In this document: piece after piece, positions 9,904 to 19,715 of the stretch
Layout of the letters: each line of letters opens with the position of its first letter
Position numbering within the stretch: position 1 is the stretch's first letter
Source of the DNA: Verrucomicrobiia bacterium
Lineage (GTDB): Bacteria > Verrucomicrobiota > Verrucomicrobiia > Palsa-1439
Direction: 5' to 3'
DNA length: 64,000 nt
NCBI GenBank assembly: GCA_049515295.1
Contig: JBEKUF010000002.1
Coordinates: forward strand, 5,230-69,229
The notes under the pieces: model-generated
The model's input: only the letters and a program-made list of their open reading frames with translations
Databases searched by the model: none
What the model was told of the DNA's origin: nothing
Position numbers and translations under genes: made by a program

Positions 9904-11322
9904 TCACGCCGCCGCCGGCGACTTCAGTTGCGATGGCTGTTTGACGGCGCCGACCCCACCCCTGGCGCGGCTCTGCCGCTCGAAGGTCAACTGCACCTCG
10001 CGCTTGTCGTCGCCCGCTTTCGAGACCGCCACAACGGGCAGATTGTACTGTCCGTCGGGGAACGAATAGTGGAACGAAAATGTGCCATCGCTACGCAGCT
10101 TGATGGGCTTGCCGTCGACGGTAACCGTCGCGTCGGGCTCGGTCGCGCCGTAAATGATCAACTCGGCGTTGACGGCAAACCAGAAACCCTTCTGCGGTGC
10201 CGCCGACCAACTGGAGCCGCTGGGGCTGAACGCGCTGAACATGCCGGAGCTGAGTTCCTCCTGCATGCGGCGGCGCAGCCACTCCGAGATTTCGAACGAC
10301 CCCATTTGGATGCGGCGGAAGAGATCGCCGCCGAGAATGCGCTCCAATTCGGCGGCTTGTTCGGCGGTCCATGGGCCGAGTTCCAGACCGAGCTTGAATG
10401 GGAATCGGAAGCCGGCGAGTTGGAGACGATGCAGGGCATCGGCCAGCGCTTCACCGGAGCGCATGTGGCCACGGATAATACCGAAAAGGTCGCGGAACGA
10501 AATGTGGATCGGAATGGTGACAAACCGCGCCGTCGTGTCGGAGGAGACGGCGTCCGGCGGCGTGGCTGTTTCCCGCGAATGGCTGATGACATGGAATTGT
10601 CCGTCGTGGCGCCAGAAACCGAGTTCGGCACGGTAGGTAGTGGCCGCCTTGTTGACGGGGATGTACCAATTGCGCGAGTCGTGGCCAAGGGTGAGCACCT
10701 GAATTGGGTCGCCGTGGTTCTTCTCATACACGCGCAACAGCAGACGACCATCGGCAGCCTGGCCGCGATAATCAGCCATTTGTTGCCAGCTCAAATCCCA
10801 GTACGCGTACAGCCAATGCGGATCGCGAGCGGTAAGAAACAGCTGGCCCGTGCCGTACGCGTCGGGCAACTCTCCCAAGTGTTCCTCCGAAAACACCTGC
10901 CGTGGAGGCGGCAGGGCCGGTGTGACATCAAATTTGTGCGCGGAAAGTTCGGTGGACGGCTGGGTTGCGCCGTTGTCTTTGCTCGCAACCGGCTCGGGTG
11001 GCACGGGAGCTTTCGCTCGCCGTGAGGGACGTTCCAACTGTGATTTGGCGGCTGCCGCGGCTTTGGTGACTGACCGTTTCGGTTCGTCGGCTCCGGCGCG
11101 CCGGCGAACGGCACGGCGTTTGACGGCATCGGCAACCTTTCGGGCGATGGCACCGACTCCCATCGGCCGCTTGGCGGCGACGCCCTTGGGACGCTCTTGG
11201 GCGACATGAATTCGGTCGGCCAACTCTTCCTTGTTGAGAGTGGACACACCTCGCAACCCAAGCCGTTGCGCGATCTTGAATAATTCGGTTTTTGTCTTCG
11301 CCAATAAATCTGCCTTGTTCAT
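9904..11322 (-). CDS. Rho_N-domain plus DUF4912-domain protein (typical GH57 neighbour)
   Basis: N-terminal KTELFKIAQRLGLRGVSTLNKEELADRI (Rho termination factor N-terminal-like), basic linker, C-terminal DUF4912-like region; adjacency to GH57. Confidence 0.7.
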   Translation of the reverse strand: MNKADLLAKTKTELFKIAQRLGLRGVSTLNKEELADRIHVAQERPKGVAAKRPMGVGAIARKVADAVKRRAVRRRAGADEPKRSVTKAAAAAKSQLERPSRRAKAPVPPEPVASKDNGATQPSTELSAHKFDVTPALPPPRQVFSEEHLGELPDAYGTGQLFLTARDPHWLYAYWDLSWQQMADYRGQAADGRLLLRVYEKNHGDPIQVLTLGHDSRNWYIPVNKAATTYRAELGFWRHDGQFHVISHSRETATPPDAVSSDTTARFVTIPIHISFRDLFGIIRGHMRSGEALADALHRLQLAGFRFPFKLGLELGPWTAEQAAELERILGGDLFRRIQMGSFEISEWLRRRMQEELSSGMFSAFSPSGSSWSAAPQKGFWFAVNAELIIYGATEPDATVTVDGKPIKLRSDGTFSFHYSFPDGQYNLPVVAVSKAGDDKREVQLTFERQSRARGGVGAVKQPSQLKSPAAA

Positions 11323-11531
11323 GGTACGTCTCCTCCTGCCTCGCGGGTGCGAGGCTTTCCCGAAGTTGCTCGGGGGCCACCTTTCTCCAAGCGCACCGTA
11401 ACTTAGAACAGAAATTGCGCGAATGTAAACGGATTTCTTGTGAAAACAAGTCGGGAGTGCGTACGCAGCCGGTTCTGTATGGCCCAGAAGCAGTTACGGT
11501 GGCGGTTTCTGCCTCGACGGAAGCAGACCAG

Positions 11532-12863
11532 CTAGCGGCGCACGATCTGACCTTCCAACAACGCCTTGGCGATGAGGTCGACGCTGCGGGTGGTGGCGCC
11601 GACGTTGGATTCGATGACGCGGTGAGCGGCCTCAACGATGGATCGGCGGCGGTTGCCGTCCTCCAACAATTCCCCCACGGCACGGCAAAGTCCGTCGGCA
11701 TCCGGGACCTGGACGCACGCGCCCTGGGCGACGAACTCGCGGGCGATGGCGCGGAAGTTTTGCATGTGGGGCCCGAACACGACGGGATGGCCGCTGGCGG
11801 CCGCTTCGACGATGTTCTGTCCGCCCTCACCCACCAGGCTCTTGCCGACGAAAATGACGGTGGCGACCTTGTAAAACCACTTCAATTCGCCGGTGCTGTT
11901 GACGATGAGGCAATCGTAAGGCTTGGCGGTCTGTTCGAGGCGCGAGTTGATTTCGGATCGGAGGATGAACTTGACCTGCTTGCGTTTGGCGAGATCGACG
12001 ACTTCGCGGGTGCGCTCGACGTGACGCGGCACAAGGACGAGGAACAGGCGCGAGAACTTCGGGCGGAGGTGTGCCAGCAGGTCGAAGAGGATTTCCTCTT
12101 CACCGGGATGGGTGCTGCCGGCTACAAGGATCGGTTGCGCGGCCGACACTTCGATCTGCTTGAGCAATTGGACCGGATCGACCGTCTGCGCGTCGGCGTG
12201 GGGCATGGAGATGTCGTATTTCATGTTGCCGGTCATGTGGACGCGGTCGGACGGCACGCCGACCGCGATGAAATTGGCGGCGTCCTCGTGGCTTTGCGCG
12301 CACACGAGCGAGAGCTTGCTGAACACCCGTCGCGATAGCCACCCCAGCCGCTTGTAGCCCCGTTCGGAACGCGGTGACATACGACCGTTGACCAGAAAGA
12401 GCGGAACGCCCCGCGCCACCCCCTTCCAGATATGGTTCGGCCACAACTCGGATTCGATGAGGACGACGAAGTCGGGTTGAATCAGGCGGTACGCGCGATG
12501 GACGCACCACGGAAAATCCTGCGGGAAATAGAGCAACTCGACTTCCTGCGGCAGGCGTTCGTAAGCCTGGGTGTAGCCGGTCGAGGTGGTCGTGGTCACG
12601 ATGACGCGCAGGTCGGGAAATTTCCGCCGCAGGACATTGATGAAGTGCCGCGCTACGTTGATCTCGCCCACGCTGACGGCCTGGATCCAACAGCGACGTT
12701 CTTTCTTGTCGGCGAGCCATTGGCGGAGGTCGTTCGAATAAAACCCGAAGCGTTGCCAGAAATTCTCGCGATACTTGCCCCGTTTCCACATTTTGTAGAG
12801 GAACATCGGGCTGAGGAGGATAAAGCTCAGCGTGTATAGGAGCGTGTACAGAAGTCGAATCAC
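11532..12863 (-). CDS. kdtA: 3-deoxy-D-manno-octulosonic acid transferase
   Basis: AVSVGEINVARHFINVL and GT30 C-domain; N-terminal membrane anchor IRLLYTLLYTLSFILL. Start placed at GTG 12863 because no ATG precedes the anchor helix. Confidence 0.75.
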   Translation of the reverse strand: MIRLLYTLLYTLSFILLSPMFLYKMWKRGKYRENFWQRFGFYSNDLRQWLADKKERRCWIQAVSVGEINVARHFINVLRRKFPDLRVIVTTTTSTGYTQAYERLPQEVELLYFPQDFPWCVHRAYRLIQPDFVVLIESELWPNHIWKGVARGVPLFLVNGRMSPRSERGYKRLGWLSRRVFSKLSLVCAQSHEDAANFIAVGVPSDRVHMTGNMKYDISMPHADAQTVDPVQLLKQIEVSAAQPILVAGSTHPGEEEILFDLLAHLRPKFSRLFLVLVPRHVERTREVVDLAKRKQVKFILRSEINSRLEQTAKPYDCLIVNSTGELKWFYKVATVIFVGKSLVGEGGQNIVEAAASGHPVVFGPHMQNFRAIAREFVAQGACVQVPDADGLCRAVGELLEDGNRRRSIVEAAHRVIESNVGATTRSVDLIAKALLEGQIVRR

Positions 12864-13016
12864 AACGGGACAATAGCCAATTCGTTGCGCGGTTGCGAAG
12901 CCATTTCTGTTATGGCGCGGCCTGCAACAAGACAAAAATGTGCGGGTCAAGACCGCTCTGGTACGGGAGACAGCGCAGATACCGCATGGCACGGGAGTTG
13001 CGGCGATTTCTCACGG

Positions 13017-16000
13017 ATGAACGTGGCTCGTTCCAGCGTTACTCAACCTGCGGCGGAAGCACCCTGCCCCGATGAGGCCTATTTCCGTTCCTTGATCGAA
13101 AACGCCTCGGACATCATCACGATTCTGGAGCCGAACGGGATGATCCGCTACGAAAGTCCGTCGATTGAAGGCGTCCTCGGTTACAAACCCGACGAGTTGG
13201 TGGGATGCAACGCCTTCGAGTTCATCCATCCGGACGACGTCGCCGGCATCCAAATCATTTTCCAGGAAAGCTTGAATGAATCCGGTACGGTTCGGCGCTG
13301 CGAGTTCCGATTTCGGCACAAGGATAGAACGTGGCGCGTCTTTGAGGCCATCGGTAAAAATCTGCTTCACGACCCTGCCGTCCACGGCATCATCGTCGTC
13401 TCGCGCGACATCACCGAGCGGAAAGAAGCGGAAGAAGTGTTGCGGCAGAGCGAAGTGAAATTCCGTGGGATCTTCACGGATGCCCCGACTGGTATCGTTC
13501 GGGCTTCGCCCGAGGGACGGTTTATCCAAGTGAACCCCGCCTTTTGCGAACTCCTTGGGTACTCAGAGCAGGAACTGCTCACTAAGACAGGACGTGATGT
13601 CACGCATCCTGATGACCGGGAATGGTCTGCCGACGCCAGGCGTCAGATATGGCACGCCGAGAAGCCTACGATCCGCAGCTACGAGAAGCGTTACGTCCGC
13701 AAGGACGGCCAAGTGGCGTGGGTCAGAATCAGCATCACGTTGATCCGCGACGCAAGAGGACAGGCCAGCTATTCCATCGCTCATGTGATCGACATCACCG
13801 AGCAAAAGAAAGCAGAAGAAGTGTTGCGGCAGAGCGAAGAACGTTTTTCGATCACGTTTGAACAGGCCCCCATCGGCATGGCGTTGGGCGCGCTGGATGG
13901 TCGCTGGCTCAAGGCCAACCAGGCGATGTGCGAGCTCGTCGGATACACCGCCGAGGAGTTGTCACACATGACGTTTCGGGACATTACGCATCCCGAGGAT
14001 GTCCAAGCGTGCCTTGACCATCTGCCCGAACTGTTGGCTGGCAAGCTTCACACGTACCGGTTAGAGAAACGCTATCTCCACAAATGCGGGCGTGTTATTT
14101 GGGCATCGGTGTCCGTTTCTTTGGTGCGAGACGCCAACGGTCGGCCGCTCCACGCGATTGTCCAAAGCCAGGACATCACCGAACGCAAACAGGCCGAGGA
14201 ACGGCTCCGCCTGCAAAGCACCGCGTTGGAAGCCGCCGCCAATGCCGTTGTCATCACGAACCGCACCGGCTCAATCTTGTGGACCAACCCGGCGTTCACG
14301 CAACTGACCGGCTACAGTGCCGACGAGGCGCTCGGAAAAAACCTGCGGATCCTCAAATCCGGAGCGCACGGTCAGGACTTTTACCGCAACCTGTGGGAAA
14401 CCGTGATCTCGGGCCAGGTCTGGCGCGGCGACATGATCAACCGGCGCAAGGACGGAACCTTGTACAATGAGGAGATGACAATTGCGCCCGTGCGCAACGA
14501 GCGGGGCGAGGTCACCAACTTCATCGCCATCAAACAGGACGTCACCGGTCGCAAGCAAACGGAGCGGGCGCTTCGCGAGAGCGAGGAGCTTTTCCGCTCG
14601 CTCAGCGCCAGTTCGCCCCTGGGCATTTTCCTGACGGACACTCGCGGGCAAGTCACCTACATCAATCCGCGGAGCCGGCAGATTCTGTGTTGCTCGCTGA
14701 TCGAGAGCCAGAACGACGGTTGGGTCAAGTGCATTCACCCGGATGACCGCGAGGCTGCCTGGCAGCATTGGCTGGATTACGTCCGGTCCGGCGCAGGCGA
14801 GTATTCGTACGAGTATCGAATTCAAAATCCTGATGGAACCACGCGGTTCGTACACATGCGAGCCGCCCCCCTGCGCTCGGACGAATCCGTGCCGATGGGC
14901 TTTGTCGGGAGCATCGAAGACATCACCCATCACCGTCGGGCGGAGGACGAACTGCGGGAGAGCAAGCGGAATCTCGAACGCGCGCTGAAAGAACTCCAAG
15001 CCGCCCACGACCAGGTTGTTCAGCAGGAGCGGTTGCGCGCGCTGGGCACCATGGCCAGCGGCATCGCCCACGACTTCAACAACGCCCTCGCCGCCATTCT
15101 CGGGTTCACCGAATTATTGTGCCATCGCCCCGAGAACCTGGCCGACACGAAGAAGACGCTACGCTACCTGCAGATGATGAATACTGCAGCGCAGGACGCG
15201 GGGATTGTCGTCAACCGGCTGCGTGAGTTTTATCGCCAGCGCGAGGAGGGCGAAGTGTTTGGCGCCGTTGATCTCAACAAATTGATCGAGGGAGCCGTGT
15301 CGTTGACGCAACCGAAGTGGAAGAACCAGGCGGAGGCCAGGGGCGTCGGGATTCGATTCGCCATGGATCTCGGACAGATTCCCAGCGTCATCGGTAGTGA
15401 GGCGGATCTGCGGGAAGCGCTTACCAACCTCATTTTCAACGCGGTGGACGCCATGCCGCAAGGGGGCACGATCACCGTGCGCACACGTTCCGTCAATTCG
15501 CGGGTCATCATGGAAGTTGCCGATACCGGCACGGGAATGACGGAGGAAGTGCGCCAACGCTGTCTCGAACCATTCTTCACAACCAAGGGCAAGCGGGGCA
15601 CGGGTCTGGGGCTGTCCATGGTCTACGGCACCGTGCAGCGCCACCAAGGCTCCATCGCAATCGACAGCAGCCTCGGCAAGGGCACGACGTTTCGGCTGTC
15701 CCTGCCGGCCGCGCAGGAATCGCCGCCGACCGCCAACCGTGATTCCACGACGGAGAATATCCGTCCGTTGCGGGTGTTGTTGGTCGATGATGAGGATATC
15801 GTGCGCCAGATTCTACGCGAGTATCTGGTTGGGGACGGGCACACGGTGGAGACCGCTCCCAACGGCCGCGACGCTTTGGACAAGATGCCGAAGGCTGCGT
15901 TCGATGTTGTGATCCTCGATCGCGCCATGCCGGGGTTGAGCGGCGACCAGGTGGCCGTCGCGATCAAGGAATTCAAGCCCGACCTGCCGGTGATTCTGTT

Positions 16001-16127
16001 GACCGGTTTTGGGAACATGATGCAAGCCGCCGGAGAAACGCCGCCGGGTATCGATCTCGTTCTTGGCAAACCGGTGACCATCGCCGGGCTGCGCGCCGCG
16101 CTGGCCCAGGTCGTCAGGTCCCGGTAA
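13017..16127 (+). CDS. hybrid sensor histidine kinase: 4-5 PAS domains, HisKA, HATPase_c, C-terminal receiver
   Basis: Repeated PAS units each ending ITERK-x-AEE; H-box LRALGTMASGIAHDFNN; G-boxes; receiver LRVLLVDDE...ILDRAMPGLSG. ATG 13017 preferred over 12885 to leave a divergent promoter region with kdtA. Confidence 0.85.
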   Translation: MNVARSSVTQPAAEAPCPDEAYFRSLIENASDIITILEPNGMIRYESPSIEGVLGYKPDELVGCNAFEFIHPDDVAGIQIIFQESLNESGTVRRCEFRFRHKDRTWRVFEAIGKNLLHDPAVHGIIVVSRDITERKEAEEVLRQSEVKFRGIFTDAPTGIVRASPEGRFIQVNPAFCELLGYSEQELLTKTGRDVTHPDDREWSADARRQIWHAEKPTIRSYEKRYVRKDGQVAWVRISITLIRDARGQASYSIAHVIDITEQKKAEEVLRQSEERFSITFEQAPIGMALGALDGRWLKANQAMCELVGYTAEELSHMTFRDITHPEDVQACLDHLPELLAGKLHTYRLEKRYLHKCGRVIWASVSVSLVRDANGRPLHAIVQSQDITERKQAEERLRLQSTALEAAANAVVITNRTGSILWTNPAFTQLTGYSADEALGKNLRILKSGAHGQDFYRNLWETVISGQVWRGDMINRRKDGTLYNEEMTIAPVRNERGEVTNFIAIKQDVTGRKQTERALRESEELFRSLSASSPLGIFLTDTRGQVTYINPRSRQILCCSLIESQNDGWVKCIHPDDREAAWQHWLDYVRSGAGEYSYEYRIQNPDGTTRFVHMRAAPLRSDESVPMGFVGSIEDITHHRRAEDELRESKRNLERALKELQAAHDQVVQQERLRALGTMASGIAHDFNNALAAILGFTELLCHRPENLADTKKTLRYLQMMNTAAQDAGIVVNRLREFYRQREEGEVFGAVDLNKLIEGAVSLTQPKWKNQAEARGVGIRFAMDLGQIPSVIGSEADLREALTNLIFNAVDAMPQGGTITVRTRSVNSRVIMEVADTGTGMTEEVRQRCLEPFFTTKGKRGTGLGLSMVYGTVQRHQGSIAIDSSLGKGTTFRLSLPAAQESPPTANRDSTTENIRPLRVLLVDDEDIVRQILREYLVGDGHTVETAPNGRDALDKMPKAAFDVVILDRAMPGLSGDQVAVAIKEFKPDLPVILLTGFGNMMQAAGETPPGIDLVLGKPVTIAGLRAALAQVVRSR

Positions 16128-16169
16128 TCTCTCCCGAATGTTTTTGGGGCTCCTTTGTAGGCTGATCGT

Positions 16170-16697
16170 TTAGCCCGGTTTCCGGGCCGGGCTGTCCACG
16201 TACATGCTGGCGATCATGGACAGGAGAATGGTGGCGGCAAACCGGTACACGCCCCGTTGTGGCTGGAGCCTTGCCAACGGGCCGAGCTTGACGAGGACCA
16301 TCGGGATCGCCACGACAAACACGTCGAGCATCGACCATTTGCCGAGGATGCCCAGCCCATGAAGCACGGCTTGTCGCTTTTGCTCTGCCAGACGGACGCC
16401 CCAAAGAAGGCCCAGCATTGCCAACTTGAACACGGGGAACACGATCGAAAAGAAAAACAAACTGATCGCCAGCGCGTACTGCCCTTGTTCTCACAAGCCG
16501 TGGACACCCGCGATGGCGGAGTACTCATTCTTCCAAAACACCATCTTCTCCACCGCCATCAAGGGCAGCGATAGAGCGATCAGGAGCAAGACGAACGACG
16601 CCAGAATCATCCGAGGCACTTCGATTCGTCGCGGATAACGGTCGCGGATCGATTGTGTCATCCGCCCCCACCATACCGCAACGTCGCGCGATGGCAA
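16170..16697 (-). pseudogene. PqiA-like integral membrane protein interrupted by in-frame TGA (possible pseudogene or two fragments)
   Basis: ORFs 16491..16697 and 16170..16460 are in the same frame, separated by TGA at 16491-16493 (rc). Downstream part has PqiA-type motif WSMLDVFVVAIPMVLVKLG. Confidence 0.3.
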
Positions 16698-16748
16698 TCG
16701 TTGAAGACGGTTGAACTTGCCCGCGCCGAATTAGACGGTCGGCGCTAC

Positions 16749-17222
16749 CTAGGGTTTCACGTCGCCAGCGGCGCGTTCGCGCATGTCATGGACGGCGAGG
16801 ATGTACTGGTTGATGCGCTCCACATGGTCGGAGACATCCGCGGTCTTGAGCATGGCGCGGACGCGAATCAACACGTCGGCGATCTGAAACGGTTTGCCCA
16901 CAAAATCATCCGCGCCGGCTTCCATACATTCTTCGAGGCGGCCCCGGGCGGTGAGGGACGTGACGATGATGATTGGGATGTTTCGAGTCTGGGTGCCAGC
17001 CCGAATCGCCTTGCAGAACGTCAACCCGTTCAGCTTGGGCATGCCGACATCCAAGAGGATCAAATCGGGATTCAGCGCCAAGGTTTTTTGCACGGCGTCT
17101 TTGCCGTCGACCGCAGTGCAGACCTCCACATTTTCGGTAACCAGAATGCTTTCGAGAACTTCCCGCATTCCCGGATCGTCGTCAACAACCAGCACTTTAG
17201 GTCGTTTCACGGGCGAACCCAC
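16749..17222 (-). CDS. single-domain response regulator (CheY-like receiver)
   Basis: KVLVVDDDPGMREVL...LDVGMPKLNG...GADDFVGKPF. Confidence 0.85.
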   Translation of the reverse strand: MGSPVKRPKVLVVDDDPGMREVLESILVTENVEVCTAVDGKDAVQKTLALNPDLILLDVGMPKLNGLTFCKAIRAGTQTRNIPIIIVTSLTARGRLEECMEAGADDFVGKPFQIADVLIRVRAMLKTADVSDHVERINQYILAVHDMRERAAGDVKP

Positions 17223-17315
17223 CCCCTTGGGTCGCTTGTACAGAAGCGGTCATGCCGAAGCAAGCTCTTTCTCCCCGTTATCGACAAGCCGACGACACGC
17301 GGGCCGACCCCGGGA

Positions 17316-18080
17316 TCATCCCCAATGGCCGCCGATCCACACCCCGCTGCCGCCGCGGCGCTCCCAGCGCCCACCGATCCATACGGCGTGACGATGCGGA
17401 GGCCATGCCCAGCGGCCTCTCACCCACATCCATCGCCCACCGTACCACGTCCACGAGCCCGCGATCCAGATATAGCCCGGGCCGGGGGCCGGGTAGTATT
17501 CCTCGACAATCGGTGGCGGTGGAGGTTGGGCCACTTCGACAGCTTCCACAGACGTCGTCGGCTCGGGCGGAGGCGGCGGAGCCGAGCCGTAGCCACCGAA
17601 GCTGGCGGTATTGATCATGAAGTCGATGACCCTCTCGCTGACGCCCGAGTCTTTGAGATCAATGATCTCGGCCGTGCTCAATTGATACACCGAATGCGAA
17701 TTGCGAATCTGGCTGATGATGACTTCATCGCTGACACCGGCCTTGGCCAATTCCTTAATGTCCGCCAGACCGAGCGGCTGGCCCTGTTCCACACGTTGCC
17801 ACGTGGCGGGCGCCTCTTGCTGGATGCGGGCTCGTTGCTGCTCGTCGATGGAATGGCCGATGATGCCGCCCGTGAGAGCCCCGACTGCGGCGCCAATCAG
17901 CGCGCCCGCGCCGGCGTTGTGAGCCGCGGCGCCGCCAATGATCGCGCCCGTGCCAGCGCCAATCGCGCCGCCAGCCAGCGCACCGGTGGCTGTATTGTCT
18001 GGCCGTCCTTCCGGAGTGTAGCACCCCGTCAGCACAACTCCGCTTGCCAGAATTGTAACAACTAGATAATTCGGTTTCAT
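17316..18080 (-). CDS. lipoprotein with glycine-zipper segment and C-terminal WxxGxW repeats
   Basis: Signal/lipobox VLTGC; GxxxG-rich run (GALAGGAIGAGTGAIIGGAAA); Pro-rich linker; W-x2-G-x-W-x-W-x2-G-x-W repeats at C-terminus. Confidence 0.6.
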   Translation of the reverse strand: MKPNYLVVTILASGVVLTGCYTPEGRPDNTATGALAGGAIGAGTGAIIGGAAAHNAGAGALIGAAVGALTGGIIGHSIDEQQRARIQQEAPATWQRVEQGQPLGLADIKELAKAGVSDEVIISQIRNSHSVYQLSTAEIIDLKDSGVSERVIDFMINTASFGGYGSAPPPPPEPTTSVEAVEVAQPPPPPIVEEYYPAPGPGYIWIAGSWTWYGGRWMWVRGRWAWPPHRHAVWIGGRWERRGGSGVWIGGHWG

Positions 18081-18258
18081 TTTCACTCTCCTCACAATCA
18101 TTTAGACGTAACACCAGTTGACCCGGTTACGTTTCCCATCTGTGATAACTGACGCACAACCAGCCTCCCTGTTCAACCGCTGTGCGTCAAGACCTGACTT
18201 TGCGTCCAGAAGGGCTTGCTAATCAATAGATTTTTCTCGGTTGGCAAAAACCAGGGCT

Positions 18259-18984
18259 TCACGGCTGCTTTGGAGAGCTGCTCGATTCAGACGCGGGCGG
18301 CGCGGCTTCGTGTGGCGGTGGCGGCATTGGACGTCGGGCTTCCTGCACAGCTTTCTTCAACACGCCCTCGCCGCCCTCCCCGTAGCCGGAAATGAAGCCG
18401 CGACGAAAGTCATCACGCACACTGAGCGGGGCGTTGATGATATACGCACGGATGTATTCGACCAGCCAATCCTGGGAGACAGTCTTTAACCGTAGCGCCT
18501 TGCCGGAATCGTGGCCGAGTGTCAGGTAATCGCGGCCGTCGTATTCGGCATGCGCCGGTGGAGCATTGTCGTACTGGTAGGCTGGAGCACCATCGTAACC
18601 GTAATAATCATACGCCGGATAATCATAATACCCAGGCGGATAACCGTAATAGCCATAGTAATCATACGACGGCCACCAGTAGTACGGATACCCCCACCAG
18701 AACGGGCCTCCCCAGAAGAATCCACCGTAACCCCATCCGTATCCGTGGTGCCAACCCCAACCCCCACCATGAAACTCACGGCCACCGCCGCCGTGCCAGC
18801 CACCGAATCCACCACCGCCATGCCATCCCCCTCCGCCGAATCCGCCGCCATCGTGACCACCTCCCATTCCACCACTACCACCACCTCCTCCTCCGCCACC
18901 GCCACCATATGCGTAGGCCAAAGGAACCGCAGGCAACACAAAAAGCACAACCGCTACGGCAAGTGAACCAAGGTACTTCTTCAT
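18259..18984 (-). CDS. secreted Gly/Tyr/Trp-rich low-complexity protein
   Basis: Signal peptide MKKYLGSLAVAVVLFVLPAVPLAYA; poly-Gly, GGGFGGGGWHGGGG, YDYYGYYGYPPGYYDYPAYDYYGY blocks; ordered C-terminal ~70 aa. Confidence 0.5.
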   Translation of the reverse strand: MKKYLGSLAVAVVLFVLPAVPLAYAYGGGGGGGGGGSGGMGGGHDGGGFGGGGWHGGGGFGGWHGGGGREFHGGGWGWHHGYGWGYGGFFWGGPFWWGYPYYWWPSYDYYGYYGYPPGYYDYPAYDYYGYDGAPAYQYDNAPPAHAEYDGRDYLTLGHDSGKALRLKTVSQDWLVEYIRAYIINAPLSVRDDFRRGFISGYGEGGEGVLKKAVQEARRPMPPPPHEAAPPASESSSSPKQP

Positions 18985-19151
18985 GTTCAATCACCTCGAT
19001 TGTTTAGATGCTGCTCGGTGGGTTTTAGTTCAATCGCCTGTCAGGGTCAAGCTGTACGCTCACCCCTGGCGGGATCGGGGCGCGACTTGGCTTGTATCTT
19101 CCGTCTCCAACGGTGGCAGTAACCAGATGCGACCGCAGAACCAGATCAGAG

Positions 19152-19191
19152 ATGGCAAAAAACCAAAACTCCCCCAACTTCTGAGGGAGTT
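19152..19191 (-). terminator. candidate Rho-independent terminator on minus strand inside long intergenic region
   Basis: Minus-strand reading: AACTCCC-tcagaagttgg-GGGAGTT followed by TTGGTTTTTTGCC. Confidence 0.3.
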
Positions 19192-19715
19192 CTGGGCTGC
19201 GGCTGCGTATCTGGGGGTGCGCTAACCAGCGGTTCTACTGCATCGTCAATTTCTCTTCGTTCCTTGTACGGAGCGTCAACGCAACGTCCGTCATGTCCTG
19301 CATCAATAAAAATTCACCGACAAAAAAGGCTTTCCTTCACGTGGATTTCACGCTTGGAATTTACCCTTACCTCGTCACTGTAAGTCGGTTGAGCTTGCGG
19401 TGTGCCACGCGGGAGGCGGCTGTTTCCCTGCACTGAAGCTCTTTTTCGCAACATGCTGCAAATAAGGTCCTTACACGTCACTTTAGATCGGTTACGCTGC
19501 GATCTCGCCGACCGAGTCGCTGTGGAAGTGTAAACCATTGCGACGCTTCAAGGCCAGTACCTGTGTCTAACTATCAAACATTCAATGTGTTCCGTTTGGT
19601 GGACAGTAACCGGTTACCTTGTAAGGAACACCGACATCGCTCAGACCGCAATCCTGAACCCGTTTTATTGAATTGAATCGGAACGCCGGCCTGTTTAGCA
19701 TCCAACCCACTGACT

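Noticed and set aside
12885-13016. Upstream ATG 12885 as start of hybrid kinase
   Set aside because: It would leave only 22 bp between divergent genes and adds a non-domain Cys/Arg-rich leader; ATG 13017 preferred, not excluded.
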